Notes under the pieces: model-generated
The model's input: the letters and a program-made list of their open reading frames with translations, nothing else
Told to the model about the DNA's origin: nothing
Databases searched by the model: none
Source: a virus
Lineage: Duplodnaviria; Heunggongvirae; Uroviricota; Caudoviricetes
Strand: one strand, 5' to 3'
Virus record (IMG/VR): IMGVR_UViG_3300023238_000006
Span: 64,001 to 111,400 of that record
DNA: 47,400 nt
Shown here: positions 10,501 to 20,800 of the stretch, piece after piece
Position numbering within the stretch: position 1 is the stretch's first letter
How the letters are laid out: each line of letters begins with the position of its first letter
Position numbers and translations under genes: made by a program

Positions 10501-11649
10501 ACTAATCGTCTTAACATCTTTTCTAAAGGTGCCCATAACTGCATCTACAAGCATCATTACAGATGCCAGTAGACTGTCACCTAGTGTTACTATCTTCTTC
10601 TTCTCTTTTAGCTTTATAGTCTTTAACTTATTAAATACCTTCTCATTAGACAACGCCATAGCTAAGAATTCTTCAAGGCCATTCTCACTAGTCATATAAG
10701 CTAGTCTGCCCTCAGCTACCATCCTCTCTGCATCCTCATTCATAATAGAGTCACCCATCAAGTCATCCACTGTAAGTATGTCTAAAGCCTTACTACGTAG
10801 TTGTGTGAGAAGTCTTATTTCTTTAGTTAAGGCTATCTTGTTAGCATTTAGCCCATAGTGTGTTGCACCATGGATTAACTCATGCACAAAAATCTCTAAC
10901 ATACTCATATCAGTGCCTAAAGACCTTACGTCCCTACCGCTTTTTAAATATATACCTTTATCATCTTTGAACTCAATGAAACCACCATTAGAGTCTGCCT
11001 TATCATTCAAGTATATATTCATCTCTTGCATAGGCTTCTTAAGTCTACCAACAACATGGTTAAATACCATTAATAGATGCTTTGTATGAGACTCACTAGT
11101 CCCAATATTATCAATACTCTGGAGGGTATCTACCAACTTTTCAAGGGCAGCTACATTGCTAATCTCACTAGCCTTTATAACTACTTTACCTCTATCAGCC
11201 TTAGAGTTAACACCTGGTTGGTTACCTTCATTATCAGGCCTAGCACCTAATCTATCTGTCACACTATATTGTGCATCCATATTATCCATTACAATAGCAT
11301 GGGCGCCCATTAGGTAAGTCTTAACACCATTAGGGTACTTAACATTATAAGCTGCTCTACCATTAGCATCGATATAGCCATCCACTATAGTTAGCTTCAC
11401 ACCGGCAGCAGTAGTTGGATTGTTAGCCGCTGTATTCATCTTAGCAATAGTGCTAGCTGGTATTGTTGTAAACTGCTTCTCATATTTCTTAGTTATGTTT
11501 TTAAGGCGTACTTCATTAGTTAAATTAGCCTCTAAGTCATTTATATATTTAGAGGCTGCTTCAATATTACCGCCATTAGCTTCTAGTTCTAATAGGCTCT
11601 TCTTCTCATTAGCTATTGCTTCTTTACGTTGTTCTAAGGTACATACCAT
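7510..11649 (-). CDS. N4-like virion RNA polymerase C-terminal domain, encoded as a separate 1379-aa protein
   Basis: FVHELIHGAT...EEFLAMALSN and C-terminal AYSDFVAR...YVNY...YMNDMGLVAFSKYAIRIQ resemble the N4-type vRNAP C-terminal domain. Own AAGGA RBS. Single Cys, at residue 3. Confidence 0.75.
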   Translation of the reverse strand: MVCTLEQRKEAIANEKKSLLELEANGGNIEAASKYINDLEANLTNEVRLKNITKKYEKQFTTIPASTIAKMNTAANNPTTAAGVKLTIVDGYIDANGRAAYNVKYPNGVKTYLMGAHAIVMDNMDAQYSVTDRLGARPDNEGNQPGVNSKADRGKVVIKASEISNVAALEKLVDTLQSIDNIGTSESHTKHLLMVFNHVVGRLKKPMQEMNIYLNDKADSNGGFIEFKDDKGIYLKSGRDVRSLGTDMSMLEIFVHELIHGATHYGLNANKIALTKEIRLLTQLRSKALDILTVDDLMGDSIMNEDAERMVAEGRLAYMTSENGLEEFLAMALSNEKVFNKLKTIKLKEKKKIVTLGDSLLASVMMLVDAVMGTFRKDVKTISGDKLLMKLVSDIGSLNHKAARINDQTLRAKAGRQIDRAEERWKGWIDGLEGKNQEYILNKLAGKKKLTVIDKVRAIHFVLASEKGTPMMQGTLAMLGMREEGFIQSILRHVKHADKYGNKIQKLILAAQQIDTKRESEAANIAGVMNEAFGRKLRKEEKKALYGSAMLADNSTMLKAFSKDELKSIYNNMAILDKAIAGVEVRLSEKLSDSDSRYMLAQAKGLADLMMTGNSTVVQRKNATAIVSHVMKTTKPSADLITDVDLLTSLYATKTIPVATQHTIARLVGTNYDGMKFIAEAQSGFRAYILGVNPEESNNLMKNYHRETYDSGKGLEIAKTDAGTKRRMQLKGYKLTKDKVSSLGLGYGDSADMKLGLYVNHQLSQQPMNRASLRYTGDREPGMSLWQDALKRGMDSATYDVVQAQIKRAADLGLEYEEAVRAGKEPKVGTNVVPVVNAKNEITDYKTQVPYRRKIEYMGLEMDAPQAVARSWAHEADVEESKELNGIVWDTLMDDMIENAHSSGNVGKNQHRYVDISRLSDVNEVKDAVSILPENIRELMNTVRKANVMIKGLNNDLAGGADGAKLKGELSKFDLKNVMYNEGTDKFELGTDLMMKIIGDDKYAGLSETKRSKLKRIFGKNIFKVRRDMLLDIFGVRDASLANILPGHQMTKHLKKAIRMLEDAWKEIVKIFKVDVIIRTLPVIMGNMISNIMYSFQYGLSPLAVAKRQLEGVALLRDYLADTDALAKLIPKLAINPNDKVLQRKKLELEGNINKSAIKPLIDEGLYQHIIEDVNMSDVKSNSKISRYISDKTEGAPQLLKDIGNWTFVSEKTSLFKLVTTMTAYSDFVARYAQYTLGIEKEKQIYQTVNDRPMTANQEAQLAADMIIRVRDAYVNYSKPDSKILQYMNDMGLVAFSKYAIRIQLGIQDLIKGKPLRFGLAILGQEMFEMVSGYNPDDIGEVSVFARPIDKWVYSPGFSKIIGDIIEPQMITNINKAFG

Positions 11650-11662
11650 GTATTTCCTTTTT

Positions 11663-14600
11663 TTATTTACAGATGTCGGACTTTACTATAGTATCATCCA
11701 TAGCGCCTCTCTGGTTAGTATCTGTAATTATATCAGAATCATCATTATAAAGCGAATCTATATCAAAACCACTCATATCTATATCATCAAACGATGTTAC
11801 ATCTTTACCTAGTAGATCATTAGGGGTTTTAGCAGTAATGGGTTTAACTGTGTCATCACTTTTAGGAGTAGTAACTGGCTCTGCAGCAACATTAGCCCCG
11901 CCTGTAAGTAATAATTCTTTACCACGATACTTCGCTCCATGCTTTTTGTCAATAACAAATTGTTCAGCATTAAACATGTATGTTGCAAATTCAGCTCGAT
12001 CCTTTTGATTAACTTCATTCAACTCTGTTATAGACTGTAATGTAACTTGTGGAGATGCATAATCTTTCTCAACATCTTCTCTACTCTTATTAAACCTCTC
12101 CATCTCATTAACAACCTGGACCTCTTGCACATCATCCAGGATACCTGGGTACTGCGCCATAGCGGCTGTTAGTACACGCTCTAACCCGTTTCTAGCTGAT
12201 GAGATCTGAGACCATTCAGTATCCATATTAGTAGCTATAAAGTCTTGGTTAGCAGATGTTACAACATCACTCTGATTAACCCCTAACACGTATGCATCAA
12301 ATATCTGCAGTGCATTATGTTTAAGTGTAGTCATAGCTGTCCCTAGTCCATCAGTGAATTGTGTATACAACACCACCCCCTTAGCACTTGGACCAATTAA
12401 CTCTCTACGCTTACCCCTAACATACCTACCTTCTTTTCCTTTACGATAAATATGTGCATCACCATAAATGTTCTCTGCTGCCATTGCAGACTTAGTATCA
12501 TACAATGCAATACCATCTTCATACCCAACACTGCCAGGGCCTACAACTACAGGTGTAATCCCTTCAGCCTCTAACTCCGCTAATATCTCTAAATGTACCT
12601 CATTTGAAGGTGCACCACCTATACCACGTGTTGCAAGCTTTCTATCATACACAGCTTTGAATATATCAAACATACTACCAGTAGCCTCAATGATTGCAGT
12701 GTTCATAGCTTTTAAGCCTTCGAACTCTTTAGTCATCTCTTCCTGGATGGTATCACCATACACACCGCGAACTAATCCTCTAAAGCTCTCTAGTAGGTTT
12801 GTCTTACCACCACCATTATTAACGGTTATAGCTTTGTACGGTTTGCTCTTTAAATCAGTTCTAAACTTAGTTATAGCTGCATCACTCATTTCAATACCAA
12901 GAGCTGCTATAAGTGCATGCGCCTCAAGAGTGTCTTCATTCATAAGCTTGCTCATAATATCATCTATCAACTCAGCTGACAGGCCATTACTCATAGACTT
13001 AAACCCTGCTGCATAACCAAATGTCATAAATGCTGGCTTCATAAGATCTCTAGCAAAATCTACAAGGTCCCCATCTTCATCACGCATTGCAGGCATAAGG
13101 TCTGTAAGTGCCTTAGCCTTAGTTTTCATAACCTCTAAATCTGTAGAACCCCATCTATATACTCTAGCTTGCAGTATATACCCTGGAAGTTCATTCTTAT
13201 ATTTAGCATCTTCTATTGCAATCCTAGTTAATAGCTTGGACTCCATAGTAGCACCTACAGGGAACACACCTTCACCAAGAGTAAGATATGCATCTACTAT
13301 CCCTCCATCAGCTCCATTCTGTATATTAGTCACCATATCATTGGCTTCTTCTTGTGAAGAAAAAGTAAATCCAACTCTGTTCAACCATTCTAAAGTCTTT
13401 GGAGTGATACCTTCTCCTAGCTTATCAGTAGTTAGGAACTGTAGTAACTTATGGGCAAATCCATTAGTTAGTCCATCAATTTCAACAGTCATTACCGTAT
13501 CAAAAGGACTGCCATTAGCTTCTATGTATTTAGCACCCTCAACTAGGGCTGTAACGGTATGGGCCAACTCTTTTATTTTAATAGTAATATCACCTATAGT
13601 TGCAGAAGTCTCTCCAGCAGCTATAGCTTTTTCAAGGATAGCTAACCCCTCAGTGGTTAGGACTTTATCAGCAAACTCAACACTCTCCTTAGTGGTACGC
13701 TTGTCTATCTTAAAGCCTGTTGCTTGTGCCACACCCAACTTAAACATAACCATACTCATAGGGTCTTTAGTTACATCTACGGTACCTCGTTGCCCTTCAG
13801 TAGTAACTAAGTACCTGTGCAGCTTAATAGATTGAGGGTTAAATCCACCTTCAGCGTCTATCATCTGGCGACCAGACTTAGACATAAACCATCTAAAGAA
13901 TACTCCATCAGTCATTTCACCACTTCTATAAGCTTCTTGCATAGCTACTACATTTTCTATGTCCATCTCTATTTGACGATTCTTACCTATTATACTTATA
14001 GACTGCTCTTTAGTAAGTGTATCAGCTGTTTCATCAGCAGTGCCTAGTATCTTTCTAAGGCTCTCAGGTGTGATAGCTAATATTTTATCTATTACTTCAG
14101 TAGTAGGTTGCCATGATATCTGCTCACTCTTTATAATAGCATTGGTCTGAGTCTCTGGAACAGATGTTGTGCTTTCATTACGTTTCTTAATATCCTCAGG
14201 AGACTGAGTACGCCCCTCTAGGTGTACTTTAGTCTTACTACGAGGCTCAGCATTTAGCCTAATATCAATGTCCTTAACATGGTCTCTAAGTGCTGTCTTA
14301 GCCTCTAGTGATTCAAACATACCAGTTACCTTGTATGTATATGTAATCTCTTTAGAAGTCTCAACAGTAGTATCCACAAAGTCTGGATCATTTACCATAC
14401 CTTTAAATGGGCTAACATATGGGACTTCAACTTCTCTAATCATATTAGTATTCTGAGCATGGACTACAGCCGCATATCCTAGTGCTAGTGTTATCTTCTC
14501 GTAGAACTCTGTTGAGTCCTCCACAACATTCCCTTCCACATCCTTAGTTATAAGAGGTTTGATACCTAGCTTTTTCATGATATCTTTACCAACTGTGTCG

Positions 14601-17251
14601 ACTATAAACGTTGCAGGTACACCACCCTCTATAGCAGCTTCACTAAGCTCCATCCAGTTTTCTTCTGTCCTACCATACATCGCTTGTAGATCTTTAGCTG
14701 ATAACCTAGTAAGAGGGTAAAAGTTCTCGGCTATATAACTATTCATAGCTGCCTTCATTGCCATCGCTACATTAACATTTAAAGTACCATCACTATTAGT
14801 TAACACCATCAAATAAGGGTGACTGGCTTTGTCAGCATCAGAGACCTTGCCCATAAGAGGGTTACCTTTTGAATCAGACTTCTCTACACCATTAGCTGTA
14901 AGGTTTGCAGCTAAGAACTGTAACTCCCCTGGATTAAACATAAACTCTGTATCTTTAACGGTGTACTCTACAGCCCCTAAGTCAGAAGAAGGGTTACCAA
15001 CACTAAGTTGTGTGCCTAGTGTGAACCCTGTTCTACGAGTAGTCTTGTACCCTGGTTTACCAAGATTACCCTTATCCTCACTTTTAAAATATGCCTTGTT
15101 AGGGCTATACAGGGGACTAGTAGTACTATGCACAACAGCTAACACCTTCTTAGTCTGGGATGTACCCCTTTTAGCGTCCTGTGCTTTCTTAAGTTTCCTA
15201 GTAGTTAATCCTTTCTCAGCCAACTTGCCCAATACTTCAGACCTCTTACCCCTCCAATCAGGACCATACAGTTCTGCTGCAGCTTTTTCAGCCACATCTA
15301 TGGCATCATTAATAGCCACAACATTAGCCTGTCTAGTTGCTTGTTCATCTGTAAATGCCATCTTAGCTTTAACAGCTTTATTAAACAAGGCTTTAGCTTT
15401 AACTAACGCCTTAGTAAGAGTTACAAGTGCTGCTCCTACAAGCTTACGGTATCTACTAATAAAGCCTGCAGCAACTTCCAAAGCCTCTACGTTCTCTTTG
15501 ACTTTTCTAGCTGCTACTGTGTAGTTGTGCTTTTCACTACTATCAAATTCTATAGCTATAGCATCTTCGTTATAACCTTTTCTAGTATCTGAGCTGTTAT
15601 ACTCTTTAATTATATCTCTAACAGCTTTGTAACTTTTATCCACAGTAGCTATTACTGCGTCCCATCCTTTACTAAACTCTGCATTGTCAGCTCTAACGTT
15701 CTTACGGTCAACCTTTAGGGCTCGTATGGTATCAATAACAGCTTTAGTACCATCAAGGAACTTTGATACCCCATTAACATTCTCATCCATTGCAGCAATC
15801 TCATCAATGATATATGCTCTTCTACCTAGGAGCTTAGTTATTACTCTATCAAGGTTATCTCTTTGAGTCTTAGTTAAATCACTAGCTTTTACTACCTCAT
15901 GTACTTTTAACTGGATAGCCTTAGTTTTAGCAACAACTTGTAACTGTATATTATTAGTCTCTTTAGTAGTACCTATACTCTTACCTAGCTGTACTAGCAA
16001 CTCACTAAATGTAGCCACATCAGGTGAGAAGTTTAGGTACTCTTGAACATACGTAGAAACCGCCATCTCTCTAGGAGCTATTAGTTTCATATCTTCAGCA
16101 AGTGGGGGTGCATAAGGATTATTCTTAGTAGGCACTTCGTACTCAGCCTCCACAGGAGCCTCTACAACCTCTTCCTCAACACCTTCTACCTCTTCAACCA
16201 CTTCGTTCGTTGTAGCCTCTGTGAGGGTGTCTGACGGAGGTGTTTGCTCAGTTGGTTTATATTCAGTTGTTGCATCTTCTACAACTACTTCCTCAGCCTT
16301 CGTAGAAGCCTTAACAACCTCTCTAGCCACTGTAGTATCAGTTGTAGGAGTTTGTGGCTCTACAGCCTTCTCAGATACCTTCTCGCTCTTGTTAACTTCA
16401 TCTAATATCTTCAAGTTGGAGTCTAATAGAATATCGAACAATGTGCCTAATTCTTTGCCTTTAAACCCTAGCATCTGAAGTACAGTATTTAGAAGTATTT
16501 GTGCCATATCGTATAACCTATCCACAGGGTTAGTGGGTTTGACACTCATAAGTGCCAACATTACCTCAGGATTACTTAAAGCTTCTGCAAGGAATTCATG
16601 CACATCACCCTGCCAATATGTATCAGCTATATCAAACTTATCTTTATTTTCTAGCATATACTTGTAGATCATACTAATTCTTCTAGTAGCAGGTTCATTA
16701 GGGTTAATAATCATATACTCAGAGGACCCTGAATGAATTAACTCATGGAGTAGAAAGTGTGAGCCTTTAGTCTTACGTATAATGTCAAACACTCTTTCTA
16801 CTTCCACATCTAGCAAATCAGTGGTATCTGTAGCATTTAGAACTTTCAAGGCCTTGGCTACTGGTAGCATAGTGGTTAACTGGCTATACATATCCTTAGA
16901 TAGCTCTGCCTTTATTTCCACTTTGTTAACGTAGCTGGCTATAGTAATAGCTCCGCCAGGTATAAGTGTTTCACCAGCAGCAAACTTATTTATACCTATT
17001 CTTATCTGGGACAATGCAAATGCTTTATCCTTCGAGATAGAAGGATTAACAATACTAAATATTGCTCTACCAAGCCCTTTACCAAACATCTTTAAAGATG
17101 TGTTACTAGGTGGAGTGTTATAAGTGTTTGTTACAAACTCCCCAAACTCCTCCTCCAGTGTTGCACCATCCTGTATTATTTTATTAATAGCTCTACTAGC
17201 TTGAGGGTACTTACTTAGCTCTTTAATAGCTTCTTTTAGTTGGCATGGCAT
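11663..17251 (-). CDS. N4-like virion RNA polymerase, catalytic piece (1862 aa)
   Basis: Single-subunit RNAP motifs: A VEIDGLTNG (about 13460-13485), B RDLMKPAFMTFGY (about 13014-13052), C LQIFDAY (about 12290-12310), plus FNPQSIKLHRYLV. Position matches the N4 gp50 locus. Confidence 0.9.
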   Translation of the reverse strand: MPCQLKEAIKELSKYPQASRAINKIIQDGATLEEEFGEFVTNTYNTPPSNTSLKMFGKGLGRAIFSIVNPSISKDKAFALSQIRIGINKFAAGETLIPGGAITIASYVNKVEIKAELSKDMYSQLTTMLPVAKALKVLNATDTTDLLDVEVERVFDIIRKTKGSHFLLHELIHSGSSEYMIINPNEPATRRISMIYKYMLENKDKFDIADTYWQGDVHEFLAEALSNPEVMLALMSVKPTNPVDRLYDMAQILLNTVLQMLGFKGKELGTLFDILLDSNLKILDEVNKSEKVSEKAVEPQTPTTDTTVAREVVKASTKAEEVVVEDATTEYKPTEQTPPSDTLTEATTNEVVEEVEGVEEEVVEAPVEAEYEVPTKNNPYAPPLAEDMKLIAPREMAVSTYVQEYLNFSPDVATFSELLVQLGKSIGTTKETNNIQLQVVAKTKAIQLKVHEVVKASDLTKTQRDNLDRVITKLLGRRAYIIDEIAAMDENVNGVSKFLDGTKAVIDTIRALKVDRKNVRADNAEFSKGWDAVIATVDKSYKAVRDIIKEYNSSDTRKGYNEDAIAIEFDSSEKHNYTVAARKVKENVEALEVAAGFISRYRKLVGAALVTLTKALVKAKALFNKAVKAKMAFTDEQATRQANVVAINDAIDVAEKAAAELYGPDWRGKRSEVLGKLAEKGLTTRKLKKAQDAKRGTSQTKKVLAVVHSTTSPLYSPNKAYFKSEDKGNLGKPGYKTTRRTGFTLGTQLSVGNPSSDLGAVEYTVKDTEFMFNPGELQFLAANLTANGVEKSDSKGNPLMGKVSDADKASHPYLMVLTNSDGTLNVNVAMAMKAAMNSYIAENFYPLTRLSAKDLQAMYGRTEENWMELSEAAIEGGVPATFIVDTVGKDIMKKLGIKPLITKDVEGNVVEDSTEFYEKITLALGYAAVVHAQNTNMIREVEVPYVSPFKGMVNDPDFVDTTVETSKEITYTYKVTGMFESLEAKTALRDHVKDIDIRLNAEPRSKTKVHLEGRTQSPEDIKKRNESTTSVPETQTNAIIKSEQISWQPTTEVIDKILAITPESLRKILGTADETADTLTKEQSISIIGKNRQIEMDIENVVAMQEAYRSGEMTDGVFFRWFMSKSGRQMIDAEGGFNPQSIKLHRYLVTTEGQRGTVDVTKDPMSMVMFKLGVAQATGFKIDKRTTKESVEFADKVLTTEGLAILEKAIAAGETSATIGDITIKIKELAHTVTALVEGAKYIEANGSPFDTVMTVEIDGLTNGFAHKLLQFLTTDKLGEGITPKTLEWLNRVGFTFSSQEEANDMVTNIQNGADGGIVDAYLTLGEGVFPVGATMESKLLTRIAIEDAKYKNELPGYILQARVYRWGSTDLEVMKTKAKALTDLMPAMRDEDGDLVDFARDLMKPAFMTFGYAAGFKSMSNGLSAELIDDIMSKLMNEDTLEAHALIAALGIEMSDAAITKFRTDLKSKPYKAITVNNGGGKTNLLESFRGLVRGVYGDTIQEEMTKEFEGLKAMNTAIIEATGSMFDIFKAVYDRKLATRGIGGAPSNEVHLEILAELEAEGITPVVVGPGSVGYEDGIALYDTKSAMAAENIYGDAHIYRKGKEGRYVRGKRRELIGPSAKGVVLYTQFTDGLGTAMTTLKHNALQIFDAYVLGVNQSDVVTSANQDFIATNMDTEWSQISSARNGLERVLTAAMAQYPGILDDVQEVQVVNEMERFNKSREDVEKDYASPQVTLQSITELNEVNQKDRAEFATYMFNAEQFVIDKKHGAKYRGKELLLTGGANVAAEPVTTPKSDDTVKPITAKTPNDLLGKDVTSFDDIDMSGFDIDSLYNDDSDIITDTNQRGAMDDTIVKSDICK

Positions 17252-17865
17252 TATGCAGCTCCTTTAAGGTTACATCGTTCGTTCTCAACTAGTGGTATTA
17301 ACCAAGCTGATACATTTATAGAAGAGGCGGTAAGATGGTTAGCTCCTTTAGAAGTTAGTGCATTAACAACATCTAACCCCCCATCTTTCTTGATTATAGC
17401 TAGCTCTGTCTCAACCATAACAGGATTTAAGGCCTCAAGTTTAGAGTAGTTACGCTTAAAGTTATATCTTATCAAAATGTACTCAGCTTCTATATTTGAA
17501 TATCTATCGGGGATATCTATATCATTACATATATCAAAATGTTTACAGCTGTATGGATGGTATCTCTCCATTATTAAATTACGCATAAACTCTAAGTATG
17601 CCTCTTCACATAATGAATCAGCCTTAGTAGCAGGTATTTGTGTGCTACCTGACAATCCCATATACTCTATATAAGTTTCTGTTAGATGCTGTACATCTTT
17701 AAACAGTATACTGGTATCTAGCCCTGAGTAAATCTTATGGTAGTTAACACCACCTTCAGTAATAAGGCCTACAGGGTTCTCTCTTAACCCTCCTTGACCA
17801 TCTTGCTTACAATAGTACATAAGGTACTTACTAAACTCTTCACCAGTATTTGTGGTATTACACAT
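17251..17865 (-). CDS. Unknown 204-aa Cys-containing protein inside the split vRNAP locus
   Basis: Coupled by TAATG overlaps on both sides; Cys at 2, 19, 86, 107, 113 and 198. Confidence 0.75.
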   Translation of the reverse strand: MCNTTNTGEEFSKYLMYYCKQDGQGGLRENPVGLITEGGVNYHKIYSGLDTSILFKDVQHLTETYIEYMGLSGSTQIPATKADSLCEEAYLEFMRNLIMERYHPYSCKHFDICNDIDIPDRYSNIEAEYILIRYNFKRNYSKLEALNPVMVETELAIIKKDGGLDVVNALTSKGANHLTASSINVSAWLIPLVENERCNLKGAA

Positions 17866-20800
17866 TAACAGTCCTTTAAATCTATACCTGCCTCTTTAAG
17901 TTTCTTCATAAGTGAAGGTGCAGAGGTTATATATTGAAGCAGTGCTTCTCTAGTTCCGACATTATACTTAGATTCTGGATCTTGTGCAACGCTGCGAATC
18001 TCTAGGGCTCTATCTATAGGCTTGGCAGTATTACCCAGCCCCTTTAGACCAGCACCGTCAGTCTCATCTAATCCTTCTAGTATATCTGCCTTAGGTTTCT
18101 TAGTAGGGCTATTCTTAGGAGACTTCTTAGTAGCCGCTGGTAACGTCTCTACACTACTATCTGTAATACCCTTTACAGCTACCGTAACAGACTTTTGATT
18201 AGCCTCATCAATCATGAACTCACGCTCCGATGGCTCTAGCTCTACACCCGTAACTTGCTTCTGTGCAATTATAGTAACTATAGCTGGTGCACCTTTGGTA
18301 GTATCACCAGTTACTTCCTCAGCTGCTCCTGAAGCCTTTATATTCAACTTAGGAATACTTACCGGCTCAGCCTCTGTCTGTGCCTCCTGGGTACCTTGCT
18401 GTGATTCTCCTGACACTTCTGATCGTATGTTATTCTTATTAATCAACTGACTAGCTTTAATCATAGCTTGTACTTCTCTACCAGTAGCAGCTATCATTAC
18501 GTTAGTCTTAGAACCTTCTTTCCAAGTGGATGTGAGCCCCTCGGATGCCGCCTTATTCCAAGGCAAATCCTGAGCGTAATCAATCAATGACCCTTCTGAA
18601 TTTACATCAAAATTACCAGCATCTCTTACAAACTCAGAGTTAACTCTCATATACTCTTTAGAAGCATACTGGATACTATGTGATCCACCCGCTATAGATA
18701 ACTGAGCAACAGTCTTACCAGTTGCTGCCATAACTTGTGCAAGCTCATTGTCAAAGCTATTAGTTTTAGCTAAGTTAAACTTACCAGTACTACTAGCCTT
18801 CACTAGTGCCTTCCATACTACCTCTTCTGATAATCCTGTAGTGGATACTAATGTATTAATCTTATTAGCAATGGGCTCTATTGCAGCAGTTCTACCAGCA
18901 ATTAGCTTCTGGTGCTTCTCTTCCTGTAAGGATGTGAAAGCTATTAACTTATCTGACGAAGCCTTACGCTCTATAGATCCTTTAGAACTGCCCAGTGCAT
19001 CCCTGAAATAACTCATAAAGCCTTTCTTATCAGCACTCATACCAGATGTTACAATCTGCTCTCTAGTTATATCCATACCACCCATAGTCTTTATATGTGC
19101 TCTAATCTCTTTAAGACTTTTAACTATTCTAGGAATGTCTTTATCAATCACCTCACCACTTTCATCTAAGTTATTGGCAATAAGGTTATCTGTAAAAGTA
19201 TCAGCTTGTGTATCATTATCTAAAGCTATTCTAGAGAAAGCTACACGCATAGCTTCTTCAGCTTCAGGTGTGGCACCCAGCCTAGAACTATCCCCAGTCT
19301 CTATAGCCTTATTAGCTAAGTTAGTTTGGTGTATCCTAGTAGCGTTCATAAAGTCATCTTGCCACTCTTGCGTCTTAGTTGCTAATACCTCTCTAGGAGA
19401 TACTACAGCACCACCTCTAGCCTTAGATACTTCTGCAACTTCCTGTAGTAGTTCGTTCTTCTGTGCTTCGAATATAGCAGCAGCATCTTCGTCAGATGTT
19501 GCGTTGTTTATGGTATCTGTGAAAGTTGTTTGTTTAATTGGTGTGGTTGTGTTAGCCGCTATATCTTCTTGTTCTGCTTTGAGGGCTGATAGCTTAGCTG
19601 ATAATTGGTCTGTAGCGGATACAACAGACCCGTTGTTAATAATAGCTGAAGCAGCGTCTTTAGCAATACTAGTACCTGAACCAGCCCCTGCCCCCATAAG
19701 CCCGGCAATGGCTAAGTCTTGTATAGCATCTTCTGACGTTATCTCATCTTGTTTACTGGTACCAAGTTTAGCACCAACAAGTTGTGATCCATCCTGGATT
19801 ATCTCTTCTAGCCCTTCCTCAAAACCTTTAGTTACAGCATTAGCCCCTACTACTAAGAAAGACTTAGTAACCGTGTTCCATGCAGCTCTGTCCATAAGTT
19901 GTGCAGCCTGTAAAACTAACTCTTTAGTTGGTTTTAAACCAGCCATACCACCAGTGAACTTATTAACTAGCGCATACACAGTACCCGCTGCCAACCCTAT
20001 ACCATAATCAGAAGCCTCTAGCTCAGTAGTGCCTTTTATAGCAGCTCTCTCTGCAAGAACCTCATTCATAGCTTTACCAGCTAATGCTGCAACACCTAGA
20101 GGGTTTGATGCAGCTAGTATCTCTCCAGAACTGCCTGCTAGTACCTCAGGTGCTTGTACAATAGCTTCCAATGCTACAAGGACCTTATCCTGCCAAGATG
20201 CATTGTCATCAAACAATATCTTCTTAGCTTTCTTAGTATAAGCCTCAACACGTTTAGGATCGTAGCCATAATACTTAGCAGTCTTAAATTTATCAAACCC
20301 TACGAAGTCTCCATCTTTAGTCACTAGATCCTCAAACATTGTACCTTTAAGTTTACGTTGCAGCTTCTTATTGTAGTAGTCTTCATCCTTACCTTCGATA
20401 CCTTTAGCAGCTTCTTTACCCAGCCTAATACCAGCATCTACTATCCAGTCACCAGTACCTGCAGCGAAGGCTCCAACACCTTTCTGTGCAGCATCTACTA
20501 AGTTACCTAAGTAGCTATCAGTGTCTTCACCACCGCCAGACAATAGCATATCCAGCTTTGCATTCCGTACAGGTGAGTAACCTCCATTATACCTAGCATT
20601 ATCTGTAACAGCTTGTTGCCTATTACTAAACATAACCTCTTCTCTACCATCCCCAGTAGTACCATCTTCTTTTGTGTACAAACCACCCATAGTCTCTAAT
20701 AGACCAAGATCTCTACCGTAGTTAGATATGTGTGTCTTACCATCTTTAGTTTTAAAAGTACGGCTATCGTTGTTAGTTAGGAGTGTTTCCTGTAGAAGGG

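Noticed and set aside
11640-11670. vRNAP split caused by a homopolymer sequencing error or programmed frameshift (A7 run after the stop)
   Set aside because: The TAA precedes the A-run, so an indel in the run cannot fuse the ORFs. The downstream gene has its own AAGGA RBS, and the terminal-Cys pattern recurs at all three junctions. Low-level +1 slippage cannot be fully excluded without proteomics.
17251-17865. Free-standing intein or trans-splicing element (starts with Cys)
   Set aside because: No C-terminal His-Asn and no recognisable intein block B; it ends ...CNLKGAA.
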